Source: a virus
Lineage: Duplodnaviria; Caudoviricetes
IMG/VR virus record: IMGVR_UViG_3300025571_000022
Coordinates: 1-24,914 of that record
DNA: 24,914 bases
Strand: one strand, 5' to 3'
In this document: piece by piece, positions 7,530 to 16,203 of the stretch
Numbering within the stretch: position 1 is the first letter of the stretch
How the letters are laid out: each line of letters starts with the position of its first letter
Notes under the pieces: generated by a model
The model's input: the letters and a program-made list of their open reading frames with translations, nothing else
Database searches by the model: none
Told to the model about the DNA's origin: nothing
Program-made: the position numbers and the translations under genes

Positions 7530-7766
7530 TTGCGATTCAACTTGCAGAAGCTTCGCTATGAAAGGCTCTCTCGACAAATTTCTCAAGATGTAGTAGCTTC
7601 CGCGCTCAAAATCTCCCGCTCCTACTACCACAAAAAAGAGACCGGAAAGGCAAAGATGACAGTCGATGAATTCGCCAAGGTGCTTGAAGTCCTCGAAATA
7701 TCCGAATCCGAAGTTCCAAAATTTTTTACCCTCGATGTTCCCAAACGGGAACAAAACACGGCATGA
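7530..7766 (+). CDS. Cro-like XRE HTH protein
   Basis: AAGGAGGTG RBS; SQDVVASALKISRSYYHKKETG; divergent from repressor. Confidence 0.9.
   Translation: MRFNLQKLRYERLSRQISQDVVASALKISRSYYHKKETGKAKMTVDEFAKVLEVLEISESEVPKFFTLDVPKREQNTA
7736..7753. promoter_or_regulatory. Perfect operator palindrome inside the cro 3' end
   Basis: TGTTCCC-AAAC-GGGAACA. Confidence 0.7.
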
Positions 7767-7776
7767 GGTGGGTGGC

Positions 7777-7917
7777 ATGACTGATAAGCAAGCAGAACGC
7801 GGAGCGGATGGGAAGTTCGTCATTCGGTTCTCGCTTCCGGATTGGCTGGTTCGAAAAATCGTCCTGGAAGTGCGAGCGGCAAAAGAATCCACCGGGAAGG
7901 AGGTGTCCACCGCATGA
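7777..7917 (+). CDS. Hypothetical early protein, 46 aa
   Basis: GAGGTG RBS; coupled to next gene. Confidence 0.6.
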   Translation: MTDKQAERGADGKFVIRFSLPDWLVRKIVLEVRAAKESTGKEVSTA

Positions 7918-8150
7918 CCACGCACATCACCATGATCGCCCGCCTGATCCACCGGGACACCGGCGCCGCCTACCACGGCACGTTCGAAGCGCCGCTCGAT
8001 CCGGCCGACGCGCTGATCCGGGCGCATGAGCGATTCGGTACCGATCACGAGATCCGGGTCGTGTACCCGGAGGAACCGCGCTGGCGGGTCGGGTGGCACA
8101 TGAGACTCGCGGCCGCCATGATGGGGCCGCTGGAGGGGAGGAACGCCTGA
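7914..8150 (+). CDS. Hypothetical early protein, 78 aa
   Basis: AAGGAGGTG RBS; ATGA overlap. Confidence 0.65.
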   Translation: MTTHITMIARLIHRDTGAAYHGTFEAPLDPADALIRAHERFGTDHEIRVVYPEEPRWRVGWHMRLAAAMMGPLEGRNA

Positions 8151-8410
8151 TGGGTGACAAAGCGATCGAGAAAATCATGGACGAGCTCCGCCCGAACATG
8201 ACTGGCGATGCCGCTGACTGGGCATACGTGCTCGGGGTGATTGAGCACATTGCCAGCCGGGACGGAAATCCCTATGAGCAAGTGTGGGAAATCCGGGACG
8301 TGCTTAAGGCGTTCGATCGGCTGCGGGCGGAGCGACAGGGGCAAATTGTCGAGGCTGATCTGGACGAGATTCGCGGAGATTTCTGCGGAGGGGAGGTGAA
8401 CGGCCGATGA
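8150..8410 (+). CDS. Hypothetical early protein, 86 aa
   Basis: GGAGG RBS; TGATG overlap. Confidence 0.7.
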   Translation: MGDKAIEKIMDELRPNMTGDAADWAYVLGVIEHIASRDGNPYEQVWEIRDVLKAFDRLRAERQGQIVEADLDEIRGDFCGGEVNGR

Positions 8411-8652
8411 ACAAACGCGACCATCTCATGCGGGCAACTATCAAGCTGGAGGAAGCCATTGCCAAGCTGCGCATCGCAAAACAGGAGCTCCTCCACGCCC
8501 GCTCCGACCAGCACGTCCGGTTGGCGCTGGCGCTGGCTGAGGCGGAGGAAATTTACGAGATCATCACGGACCCGGTCTGCACGCCGGAGATCACAGAGGC
8601 TGATCTCGACGAGATCAGGGGCAACTTTTGCGGGGAGGTGAACAGCCAATGA
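8351..8652 (+). repeat. Imperfect direct repeat, about 60 bp (8351-8410 and 8596-8652), forming the 3' ends of two adjacent genes
   Basis: Encodes EADLDEIRGDFCGGEVNGR* and EADLDEIRGNFCGEVNSQ*. Confidence 0.85.
8407..8652 (+). CDS. Hypothetical early protein, 81 aa
   Basis: GGAGGTG RBS; ATGA overlap. Confidence 0.7.
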   Translation: MNKRDHLMRATIKLEEAIAKLRIAKQELLHARSDQHVRLALALAEAEEIYEIITDPVCTPEITEADLDEIRGNFCGEVNSQ

Positions 8653-8882
8653 GGGATTACATGGAGAGGTTCCTCCGCGCCATGCCCGCTCTGCGCAATC
8701 CTGCCCGTGGCACGCGCCCCCGGAGCCGCGGCGTCAATGCCCCGTACCGGCCCGGCACGCTCGGCGTATCCTCTGTGTCCGAAGCGATCAAACGCGACTA
8801 CGGCGCAATCCTGAGCCGCCGGGTACGCCGGCAGCTGGCGAAGCAGGGCATGCCGTTCAGGCCCTACTACAACTGGAGGTGA
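8649..8882 (+). CDS. Hypothetical basic protein, 77 aa
   Basis: GGAGGTG RBS; ATGA overlap. Confidence 0.65.
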   Translation: MRDYMERFLRAMPALRNPARGTRPRSRGVNAPYRPGTLGVSSVSEAIKRDYGAILSRRVRRQLAKQGMPFRPYYNWR

Positions 8883-8886
8883 TCGT

Positions 8887-9150
8887 ATGGTTCCCAAATG
8901 GTACGGAATCGGCTGGTACAAGGACGCCGACGGAAACCGGAGACATGTCATCATCCGCGATCTCCGCGCTGAACACCGCCACGAAGCCGAGCGCGAAGCA
9001 CGCCGGGTATGTCGAGCCCGTGGCTACCTCTTCGAGGGCGTCTACCCGGTCCGACCGCAGCGCTACCAGCAGCGGAAGAAAGGCCGGCAGAAGCAAGGGC
9101 AAGCGAATCTCTGGTGGAAGCAGCCGGCGAAGGAGGTGACAGGGCAATGA
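8887..9150 (+). CDS. Hypothetical protein, 87 aa
   Basis: GGAGGTGA RBS. Confidence 0.7.
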   Translation: MVPKWYGIGWYKDADGNRRHVIIRDLRAEHRHEAEREARRVCRARGYLFEGVYPVRPQRYQQRKKGRQKQGQANLWWKQPAKEVTGQ

Positions 9151-9320
9151 CGGCACTGGAAGAGTACCGCGCCGCGCTTGCCGAACACCGGGCCGCACAG
9201 GCAATGTTCGACGCAGCCGAACCGGACCGGGTAGACGAGGCGATCCACCGGCTGCGGGCGGCGGAGCTGCGGTTGGGTGCAGCGATCCTGGCGCTGAAGG
9301 AAGAGCAGCGGGCGGGGTAA
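9147..9320 (+). CDS. YaaL/DUF2508-like protein, 57 aa
   Basis: AAQAMFDAAEPDRVDEAIHRLRAAE resembles DUF2508; AAGGAGGTG RBS. Confidence 0.6.
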   Translation: MTALEEYRAALAEHRAAQAMFDAAEPDRVDEAIHRLRAAELRLGAAILALKEEQRAG

Positions 9321-9829
9321 TGGCCGTGCGCAACCCATACGACTGGTATATCACGCCGGAAGAGTACGAGACGGCCGCGGCAAATGGCATCTCCGCGGGC
9401 ACGCTCGAAACCCGTATCCGCAGACTGGGGTGGCCGAAAGAGCTCGCCATGACCAAGCCGCCGAGGAAGTTGTCGAAAATCCCGCGCGAAATCGTTGAGC
9501 TCGCCCAGCGCAACGATATCCCATATCAAACCCTGTACTGGCGCATATACGCCGGCTGGGCGCCGGAACGCGCAGCGACGGAGCCGGTCGCGGATCGAGC
9601 GGAGCGCGTCAGACGGGCACACGATGCCCGACGAAAGATTCCCGCCGATATTATCGAGCTCGCCAACCAAAACGGAGTCAAGTACACGACGCTATATAAG
9701 CGAGTATCTGAAATGGGTTGGGACCCAATGACGGCCGCCACGACGCCGATCATGACGAAGAGTGAAAGCGGTCGGCTGGCCAAAGCGAAGCGAGAAATCG
9801 TACACAAATGGATTTTTGCGAGGAGGTGA
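9320..9829 (+). CDS. Phage protein with three HTH-like repeats (PVL ORF50-like)
   Basis: Three copies of A..N(G/D)(I/V)...TL..R(I/V)...GW....A.T.P. Confidence 0.7.
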   Translation: MAVRNPYDWYITPEEYETAAANGISAGTLETRIRRLGWPKELAMTKPPRKLSKIPREIVELAQRNDIPYQTLYWRIYAGWAPERAATEPVADRAERVRRAHDARRKIPADIIELANQNGVKYTTLYKRVSEMGWDPMTAATTPIMTKSESGRLAKAKREIVHKWIFARR

Positions 9830-9836
9830 CCGGCCC

Positions 9837-10010
9837 GTGCAAGCTGACGCGCATTGGCAAGAAGTTCTGAAACTGGCCGAGAAACACGGTTTCATCGTGC
9901 GGGCCCACGGCGGCGTTGCGGTGTTGGCAACGCATGCAGCGCAGAAAGAACAGTTCGGCGAAGAAGGCTACCGCCAGATTCAGAAAATGAACGGGCGGGA
10001 GGTGAACTGA
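9837..10010 (+). CDS. Hypothetical protein, 57 aa
   Basis: AGGAGGTGA RBS; GTG start. Confidence 0.6.
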   Translation: MQADAHWQEVLKLAEKHGFIVRAHGGVAVLATHAAQKEQFGEEGYRQIQKMNGREVN

Positions 10011-10013
10011 GCA

Positions 10014-10148
10014 ATGTCGAGAAAGCAGCGACTCCGCGTCTGCGGCAACCTGATGCAGCTGATGTGCTGCGCGCAGTCGCCGGCAGCCCGACGGGTGTAC
10101 AAACGGCAGCTGGAGCGGACGGCGGCTGGGCTGGCGAGAAAGAAATGA
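10014..10148 (+). CDS. Hypothetical protein, 44 aa (absent from ORF track)
   Basis: GGAGGTGA RBS; MSRKQRLRVCGNLMQLMCC...; ATGA overlap with next gene. Confidence 0.55.
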   Translation: MSRKQRLRVCGNLMQLMCCAQSPAARRVYKRQLERTAAGLARKK

Positions 10149-10312
10149 CGCAGGAAAATCTCATTAACTGGATTCGTGAGCAAGCGCAACGCGTATCTGT
10201 TTGGGCGTTTCTTGAGCGGATGAGTAGCGAGGGCGGAAGATACCACGCCGGCTACCTACAAGCGCTGGAGGATGTGCTGAAGATTCTGAAAGGAGGTGAA
10301 CAAGCAAAATGA
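10145..10312 (+). CDS. Hypothetical protein, 55 aa
   Basis: ATGA coupling at both ends. Confidence 0.6.
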   Translation: MTQENLINWIREQAQRVSVWAFLERMSSEGGRYHAGYLQALEDVLKILKGGEQAK

Positions 10313-10683
10313 GCATTACGACGCAAGAAGCTCGCGTGCGCAAGGCGTTGAGGTTCGTCAGGTCCCCCAAGCTGAGCGACCTCGAAGGCCTGAAGATCAA
10401 CGACAATCGATTCGTGATTGGAACTGGTCTCTTCGTCAAAGACGGCATCATTATGGAAATTCCCGAGGCGTTCCGGTTCCGCACGAGACTCGAAGTCGCT
10501 TCTACCGAAAACGGTGACCAGTTCCTGATTCTCTCGCAATTCCTGACGAGAGGTCCGGAAGCCTGGGACATGGAGGCGGCTTTCTACCGGATCGGATTCA
10601 AGGATCCGGAAATCGAAATTCAGCTCCGAGCGCTCTGTGACGAGCTCGTGTCCCGCGGGCTCGCGGAATGGGTGGAAGAATGA
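10309..10683 (+). CDS. Hypothetical protein, 124 aa
   Basis: AAGGAGGTG RBS. Confidence 0.75.
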   Translation: MSITTQEARVRKALRFVRSPKLSDLEGLKINDNRFVIGTGLFVKDGIIMEIPEAFRFRTRLEVASTENGDQFLILSQFLTRGPEAWDMEAAFYRIGFKDPEIEIQLRALCDELVSRGLAEWVEE

Positions 10684-10708
10684 CCGCAAAAGGAGGTGGA
10701 CAGAGCCA

Positions 10709-11158
10709 ATGGGCGACAACAAGTGCGCCCGCTGCGGCCGAAAGCTGAAAGACCCGAACGCCGAATACGGCCCGATCTGCGCGCGGAAGGTGGCGGCTGA
10801 ACAGGGCATCGCCGAGCAACCGGCCAGCAGCATCACGATCCAGACGACGATCCGCGACGGATACGCCGGCATGCGGACGCCGGTCGGTCCGGTGGTGGTG
10901 CGGATCCGGAACGGCGTGCAGAAGCCGCTGCGGCATCTCGTCCATCACAGCCCGTACGGATTCAACTGGGGCTACGGCGGCAGCGGACCGGCGGATCTGG
11001 CGCGGAGCATCATCGCCGACGCGCTCGGAACGACCGACCCGGCCATCTATCAGGAGTTCAAGCGTGAATTTGTGGCCGGCTGGGGCGATCGGTGGGAGAT
11101 TTCGCTGGATGAGATCCGCGCCTGGCTGGAAAAAAGAAAAGCGGCCATTGAAGCATGA
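10709..11158 (+). CDS. Zn-finger (DUF6011-like) plus DUF6166-like protein
   Basis: CARCGRKLKDP...YGPIC and HHSPYGFNWGYGGSGPADLA motifs; AAGGAGGTG RBS. Confidence 0.7.
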   Translation: MGDNKCARCGRKLKDPNAEYGPICARKVAAEQGIAEQPASSITIQTTIRDGYAGMRTPVGPVVVRIRNGVQKPLRHLVHHSPYGFNWGYGGSGPADLARSIIADALGTTDPAIYQEFKREFVAGWGDRWEISLDEIRAWLEKRKAAIEA

Positions 11159-11217
11159 CCGCCAAATGAAAAATACCCTGCTGTCATTATATCACACCGC
11201 AAAGGAGGAATCATCCC

Positions 11218-11757
11218 TTGCCCATCACGATCACCATCACGGCGAACAACGCGGCGGAGGCCGCGCAACTTGTGCACGACCTGGCTGACACGATCTCCCG
11301 GATGTCGCCCGCCGACATCCCGGAACATACCGAGGTTTCTACCGTCGACCAGGGGCCCGCGACGCCGACCATGCCGGCGGGATCGACACCGCAGCCGGTC
11401 GGTCAAGCGCCCGCACCGGTGCCGAACAGCACGCCACCGGCTCCCGCAGCTGTTCCGACGGCTGCGCCGCAACCCGCAGTACCTACGGCGGTATCGGCCG
11501 GAGCACCGCAAGCAGCTGCACCGGCTCCCGCGGCGGCACCGCAAGCACCGCAGCCTCCTGTCGCTCCTGCCGCGCCGACGTCGGCACCGCAGTACGATTT
11601 TAACCAAATCGCCACGGCAACTATGCAGCTGCAGCAGGCCGGTCAAAACATCTATGAGATATGGGCTCCGTTCGGCATCCAAGCGTTGAACCAACTGCCG
11701 AAGGAGCGCTACGCCGAATACGCAGCGGTTCTCCGGCAAAGGGGCGCGAAGATATGA
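11218..11757 (+). CDS. Pro/Ala-rich replication-module protein
   Basis: AAGGAGG RBS; long P/A linker; C-terminal FGIQALNQLPKERY helix typical of genes preceding DUF2800. Confidence 0.75.
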   Translation: MPITITITANNAAEAAQLVHDLADTISRMSPADIPEHTEVSTVDQGPATPTMPAGSTPQPVGQAPAPVPNSTPPAPAAVPTAAPQPAVPTAVSAGAPQAAAPAPAAAPQAPQPPVAPAAPTSAPQYDFNQIATATMQLQQAGQNIYEIWAPFGIQALNQLPKERYAEYAAVLRQRGAKI

Positions 11758-12932
11758 TGGCAATTTCGCACGCGGAGCGCGAGCATGCGCTCCTCTCCGC
11801 CAGCGGAGCCCATCGCTGGCTGGTCTGCACGCCGAGCGCCCGGTTGGAAGAGACGCTGCCGGAACGAAAGTCCAGCTACGCCGACGCCGGCCGGCTGGCG
11901 CATGAGATGGCAGAGCTCAAGCTCCGGAAATATTACACGGACCCCATCGGGCCGAAGAAGTTCAACAGCACGATGAAGAAATTCCGCGAGTCCGAGCACT
12001 ACACGCCGGAGCTGGAGAAGATCGCGGACACCTTTGTTGAGTATTGCAAGGCGGTCGGCACGCAGGCGTTTAGCGCCAGCCCCTACGTCATGATCGAGAC
12101 CCGCGTCGACTATTCCCACATCGCGCCGGGCGGATTCGGAACGGCGGACTTTATCGCCGTCGGCGACGACCTGCTCGTCATTGCCGACCTCAAGACAGGA
12201 CAAGGCAAACCAGTGTCCGTCCAGGGAAACCCGCAAATGCGGCTGTATGCGCTCGGCGCGCTCCAGCTTGTCGAAGGGATTTTCCCGGTCCGGCGTGTCC
12301 GAATGACGATCATCCAGCCGAAGGTTTACGACGAACCGCAGGAGGAAGAGATCACGGTCGAGGAGCTCGAACGCTGGGCAGCCGAGATTGCGCCTATCGC
12401 ACAAAAGGCGTGGAATGGCGAGGGCGAATACGTCGTCGACGATCATTGCCAGTTCTGCCGGGCGCGGGAGACGTGCCGGGCGCGAATCGAGCAGTATTTC
12501 GGCGCGGCCGAGCTGATGCCCGCCGTGCCGCCGATCATCGGCTGGGACGAGGTAGGCGAAGTGCTCCGGAAAGCTGAGGGCATCGTCGGCTGGTACAACG
12601 ACCTAAAGGAGCTGGCGTTGTCGCACATCCTCGACGGCGGCGAGGTACCGGGCTGGAAGGCGGTCGAGGGGCGCGGTAGTCGGGCCTACTCCGACATCGA
12701 CAAAGCATTCGAGGCGCTGAAAGCCGCCGGCATTGACGAGGCGATCATGTACGAGCGGCGACCGTTGACGGTTGCGCAGCTCGAGAAGGCGTTGGGGAAA
12801 GAGCAGTACCGGAAACTGCTCGAGGAACCCGGCTACGTGGTGAAGGAGCCCGGCAAGCCAACGCTGGCGCCGGCGGAAGATAAGCGGCCGGCATATTCGA
12901 AAGCAGCAGCGGTATTCGCTGATGCCCAATAA
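11757..12932 (+). CDS. DUF2800 Cas4-like PD-(D/E)XK nuclease
   Basis: HALLSASGAHRWLVC, E.RVD..GFGTAD, ADLKTG, NPQMRLYALGA, HCQFCRARETC. Confidence 0.9.
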   Translation: MAISHAEREHALLSASGAHRWLVCTPSARLEETLPERKSSYADAGRLAHEMAELKLRKYYTDPIGPKKFNSTMKKFRESEHYTPELEKIADTFVEYCKAVGTQAFSASPYVMIETRVDYSHIAPGGFGTADFIAVGDDLLVIADLKTGQGKPVSVQGNPQMRLYALGALQLVEGIFPVRRVRMTIIQPKVYDEPQEEEITVEELERWAAEIAPIAQKAWNGEGEYVVDDHCQFCRARETCRARIEQYFGAAELMPAVPPIIGWDEVGEVLRKAEGIVGWYNDLKELALSHILDGGEVPGWKAVEGRGSRAYSDIDKAFEALKAAGIDEAIMYERRPLTVAQLEKALGKEQYRKLLEEPGYVVKEPGKPTLAPAEDKRPAYSKAAAVFADAQ

Positions 12933-12959
12933 ATCACACGATAAGGAGTCGATCAATCA

Positions 12960-13700
12960 ATGAGCCAAAGTGCAACGAGCGTCGTAACGGGCGAAGTGCG
13001 TCTGAGCTACGTCAATCTGTTCCAACCGCGCGCAGCGCAACAGGGTGGAGAGCCGAAGTACAGCGTGACGATCCTGCTGCCGAAGAGTGACACGGCGACA
13101 TACAACCGGATTCAAGCGGCAATCCAGGCGGCGTACGAAAAGGGCGTGACCGAGAAGTGGAACGGTGCGCGGCCGCCGCTCAAAACGACGATCCACGACG
13201 GCGACAGCGTGCGGCCGAGCGGCGAGCCGTTTGGGCCGGAGTGCCGCGGGCATTGGGTGTTTACGGCCAGCAGCAAACAGCAGCCGGAGATCGTGGACGC
13301 GCAGCTCAACCCAATCATTGACCAGTCGAAGGTCTACAGCGGCGTTTATGGCCGGGTGCATGTCAATTTCTTCGCTTACTCGCAGTCCGGTAACCGCGGC
13401 ATCGCTGCCGGCCTCGGCCCGGTGCAGATCCTGCGCGACGGCGAGCCGCTCGGCGGCCGCGTATCGGCAGCCGATGCGTTCGGTGCCGCTCCGGCGTCGG
13501 CAGCTCCGCCGGCATACGGCCAGCCGGGGGTGAATATGCCGCCCGCGGCCCAGCCGCAAGGGTACGGTCAGCCGGCTCCCGGTTATGGGCAGTCTGCCGC
13601 GCCGCAGCCTCCGGCATACGGCCAGCCGGCGCCGCAACCGCCGCAGCAAATTGATCCTATCACCGGGCAGCCGCTGGGCGGCGGCATCTACGGGATCTGA
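12960..13700 (+). CDS. DUF2815 single-stranded DNA-binding protein
   Basis: VVTGEVRLSY, PKYSVTILLPKSD, VYSGVY, DGEPLGG; P/Q/YGQ-repeat tail. Confidence 0.9.
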   Translation: MSQSATSVVTGEVRLSYVNLFQPRAAQQGGEPKYSVTILLPKSDTATYNRIQAAIQAAYEKGVTEKWNGARPPLKTTIHDGDSVRPSGEPFGPECRGHWVFTASSKQQPEIVDAQLNPIIDQSKVYSGVYGRVHVNFFAYSQSGNRGIAAGLGPVQILRDGEPLGGRVSAADAFGAAPASAAPPAYGQPGVNMPPAAQPQGYGQPAPGYGQSAAPQPPAYGQPAPQPPQQIDPITGQPLGGGIYGI

Positions 13701-14224
13701 TGAGTGTGGAGATCTGGAAAGACATTCCGGGATATGAGGGGCAATATCAAGCGAGCACGCTCGGCCGAATTCGAAGTGTCGATCGCCAAATAACCCAAAT
13801 GGGCCGTTTCGGAAAGCCTTTTACCAGAACGATGAAGGGGCGCGTTCTGCGCCCCGGGCGCTACTGCAAAAGCGGCCATGTGTCAGTCACACTGGGAAAA
13901 GGAGCGTTTGGAAAACCTGTACACCAGCTCGTCATGCTTACCTTTGTTGGGCCGCCGCCAATGGGTATGGAAGTAAGGCACTTGAACGGAGACCCGACAG
14001 ATAACCGGCTCTGCAATCTTGCTTATGGCACGAGATCTGAAAACATCCTCGACGTGTACCGCATCGGAAAACGCTGGAGGAAGCTCTCGAAAGCAGAAGC
14101 CCTCGAGATTAAGAGGCGTCTTGCTGCTGGTGAATCTGGCGCAGCACTTTCTAGGGAATTTGGCGTGTCCGAAACTTCGATTTCTAGGTTGAAGGTTGGT
14201 GTTACATTCCAGTGGCTAGGTTGA
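13700..14224 (+). CDS. NUMOD4-HNH homing endonuclease
   Basis: EIWKDIPGYEGQYQASTLGRIRS; VHQLV...VRHLNGDPTDNRLCNL; C-terminal HTH. Confidence 0.92.
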   Translation: MSVEIWKDIPGYEGQYQASTLGRIRSVDRQITQMGRFGKPFTRTMKGRVLRPGRYCKSGHVSVTLGKGAFGKPVHQLVMLTFVGPPPMGMEVRHLNGDPTDNRLCNLAYGTRSENILDVYRIGKRWRKLSKAEALEIKRRLAAGESGAALSREFGVSETSISRLKVGVTFQWLG

Positions 14225-16185
14225 GCTGCGACATTGAAACTTATTCCAGCGTCGACCTGTCGAAATCGGGCCTGTACAAATACGTGCAGGCCCCCGATTT
14301 CCAGGTGCTCCTGTTCGCATACAGTCTCGATGGCGAGCCGGTTCAGGTGGTGGATCTCGCGCAAAGTGAGCAGATCCCGCCGCATATCGTTCAGGCGCTC
14401 TTTGATCCGGCCGTTGAAAAGCGCGCCTGGAATGCGGCCTTTGAATGGTACGCGCTCGGCCGGCACTTCAGCCTGCCGCACGATCAGCTGCTGACGTGGC
14501 TGTGGCAGTGGAAATGCAGCATGGTCCACGCCTACTACTGCGGATATCCGGGCAGTTTGGCGGCGGCCGGCGAGGCGGTCGGGATCGCTCAGGACAAGAA
14601 GAAAATGTCCGTCGGCGGCGCGCTGATTCGGACGTTTTGCGTACCATGCAAGCCGACGAAGGCTAACGGCGGCCGGACACGCACGCTGCCGCACCACGAG
14701 CCGGAAAAGTGGCAGCTGTTCAAGCAGTACTGCGCCGGCGACGTGTTGGCGGAAATGGCGATCGCCGAAAAGCTCGACGCCTTCCCGGTGCCGGAGCAGG
14801 AGTGGGCGCTCTGGCGCCTCGATATGACGATCAACGAGCGCGGCGTGGAATGTGATTGGAATCTCGTATGGTCAGCAGTTCGGATGCTCGAAACGGAATC
14901 ATACGTGCTTGTTTCTGAGGCCATCGGGTTGACCGGCATCGAAAACCCACGATCCGTCCAGCAACTCATCAGCTGGCTGGAGGAAGAGACCGGCGAAGAG
15001 GTGGCCGACTTGCGGAAGGGCACTGTCGCGAAGATGGTCGAGAAGCTGGAGCCGGGAAAGGCTCGGCGGGTGCTGGAGATTCGGCAGGAGCTGAGCAAGT
15101 CCAGCACCAAGAAGTACGCCGCCATGCTCGAGACGATCTGCGACGACGGCCGCATTCGCGGGCTGCTGCAATTCTATGGCGCCAACCGCACGGGGCGCTG
15201 GGCCGGCCGGCTGGTGCAGGTGCAGAACCTGCCACGGAACAGCTTGCCCGCCATCGAACTGGCGCGCGCACTGGCCGTCCGGGGGGATGCAGCGGCGCTC
15301 AAACTGCTCTACGGCAGCCTGTCGGACACGCTCTCGCAGCTCATCCGCACGGCGCTGATCGCCCGGCCGTTCACCCGACTGCATGTCGCGGACTTTTCCG
15401 CGATTGAGGCCCGGGTGCTCGCCTGGCTTGCCGGCGAACAGTGGCGAATCGATGTGTTCAGGACGCACGGCAAAATCTACGAGGCATCGGCCAGCCAGAT
15501 GTTCGGCGTGCCAATCGAATCGATCACAAAGGGCTCCGAACTGCGCCAAAAGGGCAAGATCGCGGAGCTGGCGCTCGGCTACCAGGGCGGTGTCGGCGCG
15601 CTGATCAGCATGGGCGCGTTGGACATGGGGCTATCCGAGGACGAGCTGCCTGAGATCGTCGAGCGGTGGCGCAATGCCAACCGTGCTATCACGGAGTTCT
15701 GGCGCAGCATCGAGGCCGCAGCGCTGCATGCCGTCCAAACCGGGGAGGCTGTGGGGCTCCGCGGGCTGGTGATCGCTCGGGAAATGGACAGCCGGACCGG
15801 GCAGGATTTTCTGACGATTCGTCTGCACAGCGGCCGGAAACTTTACTACCCACGCCCGCACGTCGTCGAAAACCAGTTCGGCCGGCCGGCGGTGCATTAC
15901 TACGGCACCGAGGGCGGCAAGTGGACGGTGCTCAGCACATATGGCGGGAAGTTGACGGAGAACATCGTGCAGGCGATAAGCCGGGACTGTTTGGCAAACG
16001 CCATGATGAAGCTGAACGCGGCCGGTTTCGAGATCGTCATGCACGTCCACGACGAGGTCGTGGCGGAGGTAGAGGGCGACCTGCTGGACGAGATGCTCGA
16101 CATCATGCGCGAGCCAATCCCGTGGGCACCAGGGTTGCCGCTGGAGGCGGCCGGCTTCATCACCGACTTTTACATGAAGGATTGA
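14212..16185 (+). CDS. Phage family A DNA polymerase
   Basis: ExoI DIET; motif A DFSAIEARV; motif B RQKGKIAELALGY; motif C HVHDE. Confidence 0.95.
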   Translation: MARLSCDIETYSSVDLSKSGLYKYVQAPDFQVLLFAYSLDGEPVQVVDLAQSEQIPPHIVQALFDPAVEKRAWNAAFEWYALGRHFSLPHDQLLTWLWQWKCSMVHAYYCGYPGSLAAAGEAVGIAQDKKKMSVGGALIRTFCVPCKPTKANGGRTRTLPHHEPEKWQLFKQYCAGDVLAEMAIAEKLDAFPVPEQEWALWRLDMTINERGVECDWNLVWSAVRMLETESYVLVSEAIGLTGIENPRSVQQLISWLEEETGEEVADLRKGTVAKMVEKLEPGKARRVLEIRQELSKSSTKKYAAMLETICDDGRIRGLLQFYGANRTGRWAGRLVQVQNLPRNSLPAIELARALAVRGDAAALKLLYGSLSDTLSQLIRTALIARPFTRLHVADFSAIEARVLAWLAGEQWRIDVFRTHGKIYEASASQMFGVPIESITKGSELRQKGKIAELALGYQGGVGALISMGALDMGLSEDELPEIVERWRNANRAITEFWRSIEAAALHAVQTGEAVGLRGLVIAREMDSRTGQDFLTIRLHSGRKLYYPRPHVVENQFGRPAVHYYGTEGGKWTVLSTYGGKLTENIVQAISRDCLANAMMKLNAAGFEIVMHVHDEVVAEVEGDLLDEMLDIMREPIPWAPGLPLEAAGFITDFYMKD

Positions 16186-16203
16186 AGATGAAGGGGATTG
16201 AGG

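Noticed and set aside
11350-11590. GCACCG/GCTCC micro-repeats (also 13490-13650)
   Set aside because: Explained by Pro/Ala and YGQ low-complexity protein linkers
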